From: a virus | Taxonomy: Duplodnaviria > Heunggongvirae > Uroviricota > Caudoviricetes | Direction: 5' to 3' (one strand) | Virus record (IMG/VR): IMGVR_UViG_2728369593_000006 | Length of the DNA: 26,238 nt | Shown: piece after piece, positions 1 to 8,367 of the stretch | Numbering within the stretch: the first letter of the stretch is position 1 | Layout: the number at the start of each line of letters is the position of its first letter | Position numbers and translations under genes: made by a program | The notes under the pieces: model-generated | What the model saw: only the letters and a program-made list of their open reading frames with translations | Databases searched by the model: none | Told to the model about the DNA's origin: nothing

Positions 1-46
1 GCTCCCCGATAAATGCCTGCACATCAGTACTGCGTTCGCTAGCCAT
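1..46 (-). CDS. 5' end of a leftward hypothetical gene running off the window (MASERSTDVQAFIGE...)
   Basis: ATG at 46..44 (reverse strand) preceded by GAGGAG about 6 nt upstream; reading frame open to the window edge. Too short to identify. Confidence 0.3.
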   Translation of the reverse strand, partial: MASERSTDVQAFIGE

Positions 47-640
47 TTTGCTGCTCCTCATCATATCGACCCTGCAAGGTCGGTTGGTTTCTCCACAAAA
101 CAGAGAAGAACACCTGCGGTGGCAGCCGCCCGGATGGATTGGGTTATGAGCCCGTCGTCCGGCGATGCTCTTCTCTGTTTTGTAAAAAGAGCGGTACCAG
201 CCGGAAGCAAGTGTACAAACTGGTACCGCCAAAGCAGTGGCTGTTGTGGTGGGGTTGTCACTCAGGCGTATGGTCAACCTGACAATCTGGTGTCCTCAAC
301 GGGGAAAGAGTAACCCCGCCATACTTACCGCCGCGCCATTTCGCGGATTACCACAACGCTGAGAGCACTTAGCCAGTTACGGCACCACACTTTGTCGCGG
401 CTCCATAAATGCCCTCATCGTTGCACCCTGGTCTCTTCCCAGGCGTCAAACCGAATCGCCACGCTGGTTAGGCGTCTTATCAGCATCATCATTGACTTGC
501 ACATTCCGGCTACCTGGTTTGTTTGCCCGAGCAAGGAGTGGATTGTCCCCTTTAACGTCCCCAGACCGCTAACGACGCATGTGCCATACGCCGTGTTACA
601 ACCAAATTTTGTTTAATCTTGCCTGTGGCATGTTTCTTTT

Positions 641-657
641 AGATACATTATGTATCT
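641..657. promoter_or_regulatory. Operator-like perfect inverted repeat AGATACA-TTA-TGTATCT just beyond the 3' end of the repressor gene (candidate OL/PL region)
   Basis: Perfect 7-3-7 palindrome read directly; the related motif TACATATTGTA occurs upstream of cro (about 1470-1480). Confidence 0.3.
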
Positions 658-676
658 CAAGGGTACATTGTCAAGT

Positions 677-701
677 ATAAAAAAACCTGCCGAAGCAGGT
701 T
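677..701 (-). terminator. Rho-independent terminator for the leftward repressor transcript
   Basis: Stem AACCTGC/GCAGGTT (684-690 / 695-701) with CGAA loop; on the minus strand it is followed by a run of 7-8 U (plus-strand A-run 677-685); lies 12 nt past the repressor stop codon. Confidence 0.55.
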
Positions 702-712
702 ATAAATATTGA

Positions 713-1389
713 TTAGGCCTTTATTTGGTATCTTCTTGGTTTTCCTGAGAAAATTACTGTACCAATTATAGAGCAATTACCGTTAATCTTAATGTAAGGC
801 TCAGGCCAGTTTGGGTTTAATGCTTTGAGATAACGCTGTGTTCCATCTTCTATCAATCGCTTGAAGGTGGTTTCGCCTGTATCGTGCATCAATGCAATAA
901 CGTCGTCACCGTGGCAGGCAGGGACTTCGGGATCAACAAAAATCATGTCTCCCGGGCGGTACTCATCAATCATTGAATCACCAATCACCCGCAAGATATA
1001 AGTCATTTCGCCACAGGGTACAGGGCAGGGATAAGTTTCTGCTGTGCTCAAATCAACCTCAGAATAGCCAACTTCTTTCCATGCTCCGGCCTGTACCCAT
1101 GATATGACAGGGACTAACGTTATTTGTTTGTTAGTAATTGAAACATCAGGTTTTTTTGTGATGTTTGTTGTCTGGTGTTCTTGATCAAGCCATCCGACAG
1201 GCAGGTCGAAACATTTTTCGATGTGCCGTGCCATTGCTGTCACCGATTATTTTTAGTAGCACCATCTCCCATAAACCTGCTGGTCTGGGTTGGCTCGCGA
1301 TCAATCATGGTGGCAAAGGAAGAATTCCCGCCAACACCATCTCTCAGTTTTCTGGCGTTAGACCGCCGGATGTCATGGACTGTTTTCAT
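713..1389 (-). pseudogene. cI: CI-like prophage repressor (N-terminal HTH plus C-terminal S24 LexA-like autopeptidase domain), reading frame split by an apparent 1-bp deletion near 1244-1252
   Basis: ORF 713..1243 encodes an S24 domain closely resembling the lambda CI C-terminal domain (VIGDSM..., FKRL, LNP) but only about 45 aa precede it. A separate reverse-strand frame from ATG 1389 encodes MKTVHDIRRSNARKLRDGVGGNSSFATMIDREPTQTSRFMGDGATKNNR*, a typical repressor HTH, stopping at 1242..1240. The two frames join across an A/T-rich run. Confidence 0.6.
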
Positions 1390-1405
1390 AACGAAATTAA
1401 AACCT

Positions 1406-1424
1406 TTGTACCGATAGGGTACAA
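1406..1424. promoter_or_regulatory. Operator-like inverted repeat TTGTACC-N5-GGTACAA in the divergent repressor/cro intergenic region (candidate OR; PRM/PR region spans about 1390-1479)
   Basis: Perfect 7-bp arms read directly; a possible PR -35 TTGAAG (1429-1434) and -10 TAATAT (1452-1457) lie between it and the cro RBS GGAGG (1465-1469). Confidence 0.35.
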
Positions 1425-1479
1425 GTATCTTGAAGGTTCATCTCAATCATGTAATATGTATATCGGAGGTACATATTGT

Positions 1480-1680
1480 ATGAAAGCGTATTGGGACTCT
1501 TTAACCAAAGAACAGCAGGGCGAGTTGGCCGGAAAAGTTGGCTCAACACCTGGCTACTTACGGCTGGTTTTCAATGGCTATAAAAAAGCCAGTTTTGTGC
1601 TGGCTAAAAAACTTGAGCAATGCACGTCAGGTGCAATTACGAAATCTGACTTAAGACCGGATATCTATCCGAAAGATTAA
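1480..1680 (+). CDS. cro: Cro-like transcriptional regulator (Cro/YdaS family)
   Basis: 66 aa; GGAGG RBS 10 nt upstream of ATG; divergent from the repressor; C-terminal DLRPDIY motif typical of YdaS/Cro-like proteins (family assigned from memory). Confidence 0.7.
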   Translation: MKAYWDSLTKEQQGELAGKVGSTPGYLRLVFNGYKKASFVLAKKLEQCTSGAITKSDLRPDIYPKD

Positions 1681-1711
1681 CAGAACACCTTCAATTTTTA
1701 ACCACAGAACG

Positions 1712-2275
1712 ATGAGGCTAACCGTGGGTAAGCATCACTGGAAAGTAGAAAAACAGCCTGAGTGGTACGTGAAAGCTGTCAGAAAAACTATCGCGGCGTT
1801 GCCGGGGGGTTACGCTGAAGCTGCTGAGTGGCTGGATGTAACAGAGAACGCTTTATTCAACCGCCTTCGTGCAGATGGCGATCAGATTTTCCCGCTGGGA
1901 TGGGCAATGATTTTACAGCGCGCGGCTGGCACTCACTACATTGCGGATGCTGTCGCACAGTCTGCTGGTGGGGTGTTTGTATCGCTTCCTGAAATTGAGG
2001 AAGTAGAGAACGCCGATATAAACCAGCGCCTGCTGGAAGTCATCGAACAGATCGGGAGTTACTCAAAGCAGATTCGTTCGGCAATCGAAGATGGGGTAGT
2101 GGAGCCACACGAGCAGACAGCAATTAATGATGAGTTGTATCTGTCAATTTCGAAGCTCCAGGAGCATGCAGCACTGGTCTACAAAATCTTTTGCGCTCCA
2201 GAAAAGAGTGACGCCCGCGAGTGTGCAGCTCCGGGCGTCGTGGCGTGTCGTGACTGTGGAGAAACTAACGCATGA
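1712..2275 (+). CDS. CII-like regulatory protein (CP76-type phage CII family)
   Basis: 187 aa directly downstream of cro in the rightward operon; family recalled from memory, not searched. Confidence 0.45.
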   Translation: MRLTVGKHHWKVEKQPEWYVKAVRKTIAALPGGYAEAAEWLDVTENALFNRLRADGDQIFPLGWAMILQRAAGTHYIADAVAQSAGGVFVSLPEIEEVENADINQRLLEVIEQIGSYSKQIRSAIEDGVVEPHEQTAINDELYLSISKLQEHAALVYKIFCAPEKSDARECAAPGVVACRDCGETNA

Positions 2276-3108
2276 ACAGTTTAACGGCAAATAACCGTTT
2301 GTCGCAACAGCTGGTGGTCAGCGTCGCTGAACACCTGTTGTTACGGCATGAATGCAGATTACCAAATCACCTGGCTGTAAGTAACCACAGAGAACTTTAC
2401 CTGACTGTGGGGGGCGAGTTGTGCAGGAACTTAACCGCTGGTTTCGTGACGGAAGAGGACTTTATGTTCATGTTATTCGTTGGGAGCCAGAAACACAGCG
2501 CGTTATCTATCTTCGCAAAGACTACCCGCATGAGTGCTTTAGTCCTTTGTGGAAATTCAGGCGTGATTTTGTTGAGTGTGAAGGACCACCAGCACATTGA
2601 TTCTGCCATTCCGGGACGTTACACTGTTCAGGCACCTTATAAAGCGGGTGCCGGGATTGGCGTCCTGGAATTGATCAAGGCGATATATGACGCGCCAGCG
2701 TCTTTTTTATCGTCCGCATTTGCTCACATCAAAGTTATGGTGGGCTGGGCGGGGGCATCGAAAGATGCGCCGGTTTCCTTGATCACCGGTTACGCCAACC
2801 CCGTTCAGTTCACCACCAGCGAAATTGGCGTTTCCGGTGGTGGAAGTATTTCACCGATCAAGGAGGCTGCCATCATGGCTACTGTCCCAGCCCTCACTCG
2901 TCTGAATGATGAAGACTTACATAAACTCAGTTATGTAACAACTGCACTACGTGCTCTGCGCAAGGTAACTCTTTCGGATCCGCAGGCGCATCAGGTTTTG
3001 GTAGAAACCCTTCTTAACTTGCAGGCTGAACGTATTCGTCTGGCGGATAAGGCTAATTTTCATATTCACCGTCTCCTGAATATCAGCGGAGGGCATCGTC
3101 ATGCTTAA
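2272..3108 (+). CDS. Hypothetical early-operon protein
   Basis: 278-aa ORF whose ATG overlaps the upstream stop (ATGA), indicating translational coupling; no family recognised. Confidence 0.4.
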   Translation: MNSLTANNRLSQQLVVSVAEHLLLRHECRLPNHLAVSNHRELYLTVGGELCRNLTAGFVTEEDFMFMLFVGSQKHSALSIFAKTTRMSALVLCGNSGVILLSVKDHQHIDSAIPGRYTVQAPYKAGAGIGVLELIKAIYDAPASFLSSAFAHIKVMVGWAGASKDAPVSLITGYANPVQFTTSEIGVSGGGSISPIKEAAIMATVPALTRLNDEDLHKLSYVTTALRALRKVTLSDPQAHQVLVETLLNLQAERIRLADKANFHIHRLLNISGGHRHA

Positions 3109-3337
3109 TCCGTTGATCCTCAATATTTGCCGTTTGCTTCAGCGTAAAAAAACATCAATTCCTACAGTTGGGCAGTGGTACACCACGCCTGCAGGGCATG
3201 TTCTACGTGTTAGCCTGGTTGACCGTGAATGTCAGAAGGTGATTTGTGAACCGCTGGGCCGTAATTACCGCGTCAGTATGCCGCTTATAACCTTTCGCTC
3301 CGGAAAAAACATGAAGCATCTCGGAGGTGCAGCATGA
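3101..3337 (+). CDS. Hypothetical small protein
   Basis: 78-aa ORF with start and stop overlapping its neighbours in the coupled operon. Confidence 0.35.
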   Translation: MLNPLILNICRLLQRKKTSIPTVGQWYTTPAGHVLRVSLVDRECQKVICEPLGRNYRVSMPLITFRSGKNMKHLGGAA

Positions 3338-4218
3338 GTATGGAGCTGATGGTTAAAGCGATGAAAATTCGAGTGGGTAATCCATTGCGAAAACTGGTTC
3401 TGATCAAGCTGGCTGATAATGCCAGCGATCAGGGTGAGTGCTGGCCCAGCTACCAGCATATTGCTGACCAGTGCGAGATTAGCAAACGTTCTGTGATGAA
3501 TCATATTGCGGCCCTTTGTGAGTCCGGGCTGGTAAAAAAAGTCACCCGGAAAGGTGAAAAAGGTAACTCAAGTAATATCTATCTCCTTCATCTGGATGGT
3601 GCAGGAGATTCACTAGGGGGTAGTGCAAATAATTCACTATCTGGTGCAGCAAATTCACCAGGTAGTGCAGGAGATTCACTAGGGGGTAGTGCAAATAATT
3701 CACTATCTGGTGCAGCAAATTCACCAGGTAGTGCAGGAGTTGCACTAGGGGGTAGTGCAGGAGATTCACCCAGAACCAGTCACTCTTTTGAACCAGTCAA
3801 AGAACCAGTCAATGAACCAATAGCTGTTGGTGCATCTGCTGATGAGTCTGTGCGAGTTCGTTCAAACCGACCGGAATACTCTCCGGAGTTTGAGCAGGCA
3901 TGGCTGGCATATCCCAAACGTGCTGGTGGCAATTCAAAATCTGCAGCCTTCAAAGCCTGGAAAGCCCGTTTGAATGAGGGGGTAAACCCCGAAACCATGC
4001 TGGAAGGTGTGAAACGCTATGCGGGCTGGGTATCTGCGATGGGTAACAGCGGCACACAATTTGTGAAACAGGCTGTCACGTTCTTTGGTCCGGATCGTCA
4101 TTTCGAAGAATCCTGGGAAGTTCCTGCGGTATCTGCAGCCAGACGTGAGGACCCGTACTTCAAAGCCAGTTACGACAACGTGGACTACAGCCAGATCCCG
4201 GCAGGATTCAGGGGGTGA
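3334..4218 (+). CDS. Replication initiator (O-like): N-terminal winged-helix origin-binding domain, repeat linker, DnaT-like C-terminal domain
   Basis: N-terminus typical of phage replisome-organiser wHTH proteins; C-terminus ends ...SQIPAGFRG, resembling the C-terminus of primosomal protein DnaT as I recall it; internal tandem DNA repeats (iterons). Confidence 0.65.
   Translation: MSMELMVKAMKIRVGNPLRKLVLIKLADNASDQGECWPSYQHIADQCEISKRSVMNHIAALCESGLVKKVTRKGEKGNSSNIYLLHLDGAGDSLGGSANNSLSGAANSPGSAGDSLGGSANNSLSGAANSPGSAGVALGGSAGDSPRTSHSFEPVKEPVNEPIAVGASADESVRVRSNRPEYSPEFEQAWLAYPKRAGGNSKSAAFKAWKARLNEGVNPETMLEGVKRYAGWVSAMGNSGTQFVKQAVTFFGPDRHFEESWEVPAVSAARREDPYFKASYDNVDYSQIPAGFRG
3598..3780. repeat. 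Intragenic iteron array (candidate origin of replication): about 8 copies of an 18-24 bp unit GTGCA(G/A)NA(A/G)ATTCAC(T/C)A arranged as a 66-bp higher-order repeat, followed by 3 copies of GAACCAGTCA (3782-3820)
   Basis: Read directly; the 66-bp unit GTAGTGCAGGAGATTCACTAGGGGGTAGTGCAAATAATTCACTATCTGGTGCAGCAAATTCACCAG occurs twice exactly, then a degenerate third copy; analogous to the lambda ori inside gene O. Confidence 0.6.
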
Positions 4219-4220
4219 TC

Positions 4221-4709
4221 ATGAGTCTTTTGAATGAAGTTCAGAAATTCATTGAAGCCCATCCGGGGTGTACTTCCGGAGACATTGCGGATGCTTTTGC
4301 AGGTTACTCACGGCAGCGCGTTCTGCAGTCAGCAAGCAAGTTACGTCAGAGTGGGCGTGTGGCTCACCGTTGTGAAGGGGATACACGCAGACATTTCCCG
4401 CGCCAGACAAAGATATCGCCGGAGGCGGAACGGCAACCAGTTCGTGAAACCAGACCTGTGCGCAATTTCTATGTCGGCACTAACGACCCGCGGGAGATTT
4501 TATGCCTGACCCGCCAGGCTGAAGAACTGGAGTCCAGGGGCTTATACCGTCGTGCTGCAACGGTGTGGATGGCGGCATTCCGTGAAAGCCACTCCCAGCC
4601 AGAACGAAACAATTTTCTGGCGCGTCGTGAGCAGTGTTTACGGAAAAGCAGCAAGCGCGCTGTATCGGGTGATGAGTGGTATCTGTCAGGGAATTACGTG
4701 GGGGCTTAA
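4221..4709 (+). CDS. Putative transcriptional regulator: N-terminal wHTH, C-terminal PerC/ANR-like domain
   Basis: C-terminal motif LESRGLYRRAATVW...RREQCL resembles the PerC family (GLWRRAA...RRNYCL) as recalled from memory; start at ATG 4221 (ORF track begins at GTG 4215). Confidence 0.4.
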   Translation: MSLLNEVQKFIEAHPGCTSGDIADAFAGYSRQRVLQSASKLRQSGRVAHRCEGDTRRHFPRQTKISPEAERQPVRETRPVRNFYVGTNDPREILCLTRQAEELESRGLYRRAATVWMAAFRESHSQPERNNFLARREQCLRKSSKRAVSGDEWYLSGNYVGA

Positions 4710-5362
4710 TGAGTAATAAATATTGCCAGGAGCTGGTGGAACTGCGGAACAAACCAGCCCATGAACTGAAGGAAGTGGGCGATCAGTGGCGCACGCCGGA
4801 CAACATTTTCTGGGGAATTAACACCCTGTTTGGTCCGTTTGTTCTGGATCTGTTCACTGACGGTGATAACGCCAAATGTGCTGCGTATTACACGGCGGAA
4901 GACAACGCGCTGGCGCATGACTGGTCAGAACGCCTTGCGGAGCTTAAAGGTGCTGCCTTTGGAAATCCCCCATACAGCCGCGCCAGTCAGCATGAGGGGC
5001 AATACATCACCGGCATGCGTTACATCATGAAGCATGCCAGTGCCATGCGTGATAAGGGCGGGCGCTATGTTTTCCTGATCAAAGCTGCCACCAGCGAAGT
5101 GTGGTGGCCGGAAGATGCAGATCATATTGCTTTTATTCGCGGGCGTATTGGTTTTGAACTGCCTGCCTGGTTTATCCCGAAGGATGAGAAGCAGGTGCCG
5201 ACAGGCGCTTTCTTCGCTGGTGCTATTGCTGTTTTCGACAAGACCTGGAAGGGACCGGCAATCAGCTACATCGGGCGCGATGAACTTGAGGCATGTGGTG
5301 AGGCGTTTCTGGCGCAGGTTCGCCAGCAGGCGGAAAAGCTGGTCAGGGAGATGGCGGCATGA
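4709..5362 (+). CDS. Phage Dam-type DNA N6-adenine methyltransferase
   Basis: NPPY catalytic motif (FGNPPYS); length and position typical of the lambdoid nin-region Dam methylase; ATG overlaps the upstream stop (TAATG). Confidence 0.75.
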   Translation: MSNKYCQELVELRNKPAHELKEVGDQWRTPDNIFWGINTLFGPFVLDLFTDGDNAKCAAYYTAEDNALAHDWSERLAELKGAAFGNPPYSRASQHEGQYITGMRYIMKHASAMRDKGGRYVFLIKAATSEVWWPEDADHIAFIRGRIGFELPAWFIPKDEKQVPTGAFFAGAIAVFDKTWKGPAISYIGRDELEACGEAFLAQVRQQAEKLVREMAA

Positions 5363-5685
5363 CGACGTTAACTCAATGCCAGCAGCAGGTGCTGGATATG
5401 CTGATTTCTTATCAGAAAGAACGTGGCTTCCCGCCAACCAATCAGGAGGTGGCAACCATGCTGGGATACCGTTCGGTGAATGCAGCGGTGGAGCATCTTC
5501 GCGCACTGGAGAAAAAAGGCGTCATCACGATAAAGCGTGGCGTGGCCCGGGGGATCACGCTTCATACCGCAGTGAAGGACGACGACAGCGAAGCGGTCGG
5601 TATCATCCGCGCACTGCTTGCCGGTGAGGAGAACGCCAGGTTGCGTGCAGCCCACTGGTTACATGAGAGGGGCTTGAAAGTATGA
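5359..5685 (+). CDS. LexA N-terminal DNA-binding-domain homologue without a peptidase domain
   Basis: 108 aa; LTQCQQQVLDMLISYQKERGFPPTNQEVATMLGYRSVNAAVEHLRALEKKGVI parallels E. coli LexA residues about 1-70 ([53 protein letters not shown]). Confidence 0.65.
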   Translation: MTTLTQCQQQVLDMLISYQKERGFPPTNQEVATMLGYRSVNAAVEHLRALEKKGVITIKRGVARGITLHTAVKDDDSEAVGIIRALLAGEENARLRAAHWLHERGLKV

Positions 5686-6072
5686 AGTTGATCCTTCCTT
5701 TCCCGCCCAGTGTGAACACGTACTGGCGACACCCCAACAAAGGGGCATTTGCTGGTAAGAGCCTGATAAGCGAGGCGGGGCGAAAATTTCAGAGCGCGGC
5801 GTGCGCAGCAATAGTTGAGCAGTTACGTCGTCTGCCGAAACCAACGTCGGCACCTGCTTCAGTGGAGATCGTGTTGTTTCCGCCGGATAACCGGATCCGT
5901 GATCTGGACAACTATAACAAGGCGCTGTTTGACGTCCCTGACCCCAGCGGGTGTGTGGGAAGACGACAGACAGGTGAAAAGAATGCTGGTGGAGTGGGGA
6001 CCGGTTATCCCGAAAGGGAAGGTCGAGATCACTATCAGTAAGTACGAGAAAACGGCGGGTGCAGCCGCCTGA
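5682..6072 (+). pseudogene. rusA: RusA Holliday-junction resolvase, interrupted by a +1 frameshift at about 5934-5940
   Basis: Frame A (5682..5936) ends ...DLDNYNKALFDV then reads nonsense; frame B continues LTPAGVWEDDRQVKRMLVEWGPVIPKGKVEITISKYE to the stop at 6072, matching the RusA C-terminus; junction is at a CCC run (GTCCCTG). Confidence 0.7.
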
Positions 6073-6091
6073 TTAAGAGGAGAAACGAAGT

Positions 6092-6902
6092 ATGAATAAT
6101 CTGATGGTCATTGATGGTATTGAAGTTCGTCGTGATGCTTTATGGACGTTACAGCCTGAACGATCTGCATCGCGCAGCAGTAGCATCTGGTGCAAATGCC
6201 AGAACCAAGGAGCCAGGAAAGTTTCTTTCCAGCCAACAAACTGTTGAGCTTGTTCATGAATTGACCAACACCCAGAATTTGGGTGTTGACCCGGTGAGTG
6301 TGATTCATGGGGGAAATGAACGGGGAACGTATGTCTGCAAGGAACTGGTGTATGCCTATGCAATGTGGATCAGCCCGTCATTCCATCTGAAGGTGATCCG
6401 TACTTTCGATATGGTAACCAGCGCACCGGAAAAATTATCCGGGCAGGCTGCTGACAAGATGCAGGCTGGTGTGATTCTGCTGGACTTTATGCGCAGGGAG
6501 TTAAACCTGTCTAACTCTTCAGTGCTTGGGGCCTGTCAGAAACTCCAGGAGGCTGTTGGCTTACCGAATCTGGCACCGCGCTATGCCATTGATGCTCCTG
6601 CTGATGCACACGATGGCTCAAGTCGCCCGACACTGTCACTGAGTGCACTGCTGAAACAGTATGGTATCCGCCTGACGGCTAATCAGGCATATCACCAGAT
6701 GGTGAAGCTGGGGATCGTCGAGCAGCGCGAACGATACAGCCGTACCGCGATTAACAACATCAAAAAATTCTGGTCGCTGACAGCGAAAGGCTGCATGTTC
6801 GGCAAGAACATCACCAGTCCCGCAAATCCGCGCGAGACGCAGCCGCATTTCTTCGAATCCCGATTCCCTGAGCTGTTAAAGCTGCTCGATACCGTACATT
6901 GA
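6092..6902 (+). pseudogene. KilA-N domain protein, N-terminus interrupted by a +1 frameshift at about 6137-6143
   Basis: Strong RBS AAGAGGAG before ATG 6092 gives MNNLMVIDGIEVRRDA then stops after 51 codons; the long ORF (from 6111, other frame) carries the rest of the KilA-N domain (YGRYSLNDLHRAA...[33 protein letters not shown]); junction is at a TTT run. Confidence 0.55.
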
Positions 6903-6903
6903 G

Positions 6904-7900
6904 GTGACCGTGAGAGCACTACTGACCCCTGAAATTGCCCCGCGTATGGGGATCGTATTGTTCAGACCAGGTTCAGAGCTGATGCCCCTGTTTATGCAGG
7001 GGCGTGTCCTGCTGGAGCCTGAGCCGGAGCATTATTCATCTTTCGCCAGTGGTGCCGTTCCCGCGGCATCACAACCGCTGGCGGATGATCCTGTCGTTCG
7101 GGCCGTGTTCCGTAATGAGGCAGTGATTCGTCGTGCTGGTGGCGTGGAATGTCTTGAAAGCTGGTTACTTCGTAAAAAAGGCTGCCAGTGGCCTCATTCC
7201 GACTGGCACAGCGAGAACATGACCACAATGCGACACGCGCCGGGCGCAATCCGTCTGTGCTGGCACTGTGATAACCAGCTGCGCGATCAGTTCACGGAAC
7301 GGCTGGAATCAATGGCAACGGATAACTGTACCCGCTGGGTGTTGTCTGTTGTGCGTCGGGATCTCGGTTTTGATGACAGTCACGTTGTGACAATTGCCGG
7401 AACTGTGCTGGTGGCTGATTCGTAATGACCTGGCGGATGCCTTACCGGAAAGTGCAGCCCGTAAGGCACTGAGATTACCAAAGCCTGTTGTGCCGTCTGT
7501 CACCCGGGAAAGTGACCTTGTGCCTTCGGTTCCTGCCACCAGCATCATCCAGGATAAAGCGAAAAAGGTGCTGGCGCTGAAAGTGGATCCGGAGTCGCCG
7601 GAGTCTTTTATGTTACGCCCAAAACGTCGCCGCTGGGTTAATGAAAAGTACACGCGCTGGGTTAAGACACAGCCGTGTGCATGTTGTGGAAAGCCCGCTG
7701 ATGATCCCCACCACCTGATAGGTCACGGTCAGGGTGGAATGGGAACAAAAGCGCATGACCTTTTTGTGTTGCCTTTGTGCAGAAAGCATCACGACGAGCT
7801 GCATGCGGATACCGTGGCATTTGAAGAGAAGTATGGCTCCCAGCTGGAGCTGATATTTCGTTTTATCGATCGTGCGCTGGCAATTGGCGTGCTGGCCTGA
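6904..7900 (+). pseudogene. DUF968/YdfU-like protein with HNH-like C-terminal motif, possibly split by a +1 frameshift near 7418-7426 (alternatively two adjacent genes)
   Basis: ORFs 6904..7425 and 7394..7900 lie in different frames and overlap; combined length (about 340 aa) is what I recall for YdfU-type DUF968 proteins; C-terminal CxxC...HH...H motif. Confidence 0.4.
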
Positions 7901-7917
7901 TTTTGTGGAGAAAGTTG

Positions 7918-8283
7918 ATGCGTGATATTCAAATGGTTCTTGAACATTGGGGGGCATGGGTGGCAAATAATCACGAGGATGTCACTTGGTCGTCTATTGC
8001 TGCAGGATTTAAAGGACTAATCCCTTCAAAAGTAAAATCCCGCCCGCAATGTTGTGACGATGACGCGATGATCATTTGTGGATGCATGGCTCGCCTGAAA
8101 AAGAACAACAGCGATTTGCACGATTTATTAGTGGATTATTATGTAGGTGGTATGACGTTTATGGCGCTTGCCCGTAAACATGGGCGTTCTGATTGCTGGG
8201 TTGGGCGTTTATTGCAAAAGGCTGAAGGTGTAGTTGATGGCATGTTAATGATGTTAGAAATTGAGCTAGAGATGGATCGTTAG
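7918..8283 (+). CDS. Q: Late-gene antiterminator Q (phage 82 / QuuD type)
   Basis: [33 protein letters not shown]...[33 protein letters not shown] closely matches the E. coli DLP12 QuuD sequence as recalled; GTGGAG RBS 8 nt upstream. Confidence 0.8.
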   Translation: MRDIQMVLEHWGAWVANNHEDVTWSSIAAGFKGLIPSKVKSRPQCCDDDAMIICGCMARLKKNNSDLHDLLVDYYVGGMTFMALARKHGRSDCWVGRLLQKAEGVVDGMLMMLEIELEMDR

Positions 8284-8325
8284 AAGACCTCTTATTGAGG
8301 GGGTAATTGAATCAGTTTAATGTGT

Positions 8326-8356
8326 GGGGAGTCGATTTATTCTCCCCATTTTATTT
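8326..8356 (+). terminator. Rho-independent terminator about 45 nt downstream of Q (candidate tR')
   Basis: Stem GGGGAG/CTCCCC (8326-8331 / 8342-8347) followed by ATTTTATTT; U-rich tail is on the plus strand only. Confidence 0.5.
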
Positions 8357-8367
8357 AATTAATTTAC

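Noticed and set aside
61-616. Short ORFs at the left end (61..261 minus, 119..313 plus, 392..616 plus)
   Set aside because: GTG/TTG starts without an RBS, mutually overlapping, no recognisable features; the region is more plausibly a leader or regulatory interval.
1165-1680. Plus-strand ORFs 1165..1680 and 1175..1417 overlapping the repressor gene and operator region
   Set aside because: Their only credible coding part is the short Cro-like gene from ATG 1480 with a GGAGG RBS; the upstream extension runs antisense through the repressor and the promoter/operator region.
2375-2390. CTGT-N8-ACAG match (CTGTAAGTAACCACAG) resembling a LexA/SOS box
   Set aside because: The central spacer is not AT-alternating, it lies inside a coding region, and about one chance occurrence is expected in 26 kb.
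3542-3998. Minus-strand ORFs 3542..3769 and 3780..3998 with repetitive translations (NLLHYLVNLLHQIVNYLHYPLV...)
   Set aside because: Antisense artefacts of the iteron array inside the replication initiator gene.
5115-5655. ORFs 5115..5627 (plus) and 5368..5655 (minus) with Arg/Ser-rich translations
   Set aside because: Alternative-frame and antisense readings of the Dam methylase and LexA-like genes.
8326-8356. This hairpin considered as the terminator of the minus-strand lipoprotein gene
   Set aside because: The U-rich tract follows the hairpin only on the plus strand, so it is a plus-strand terminator.
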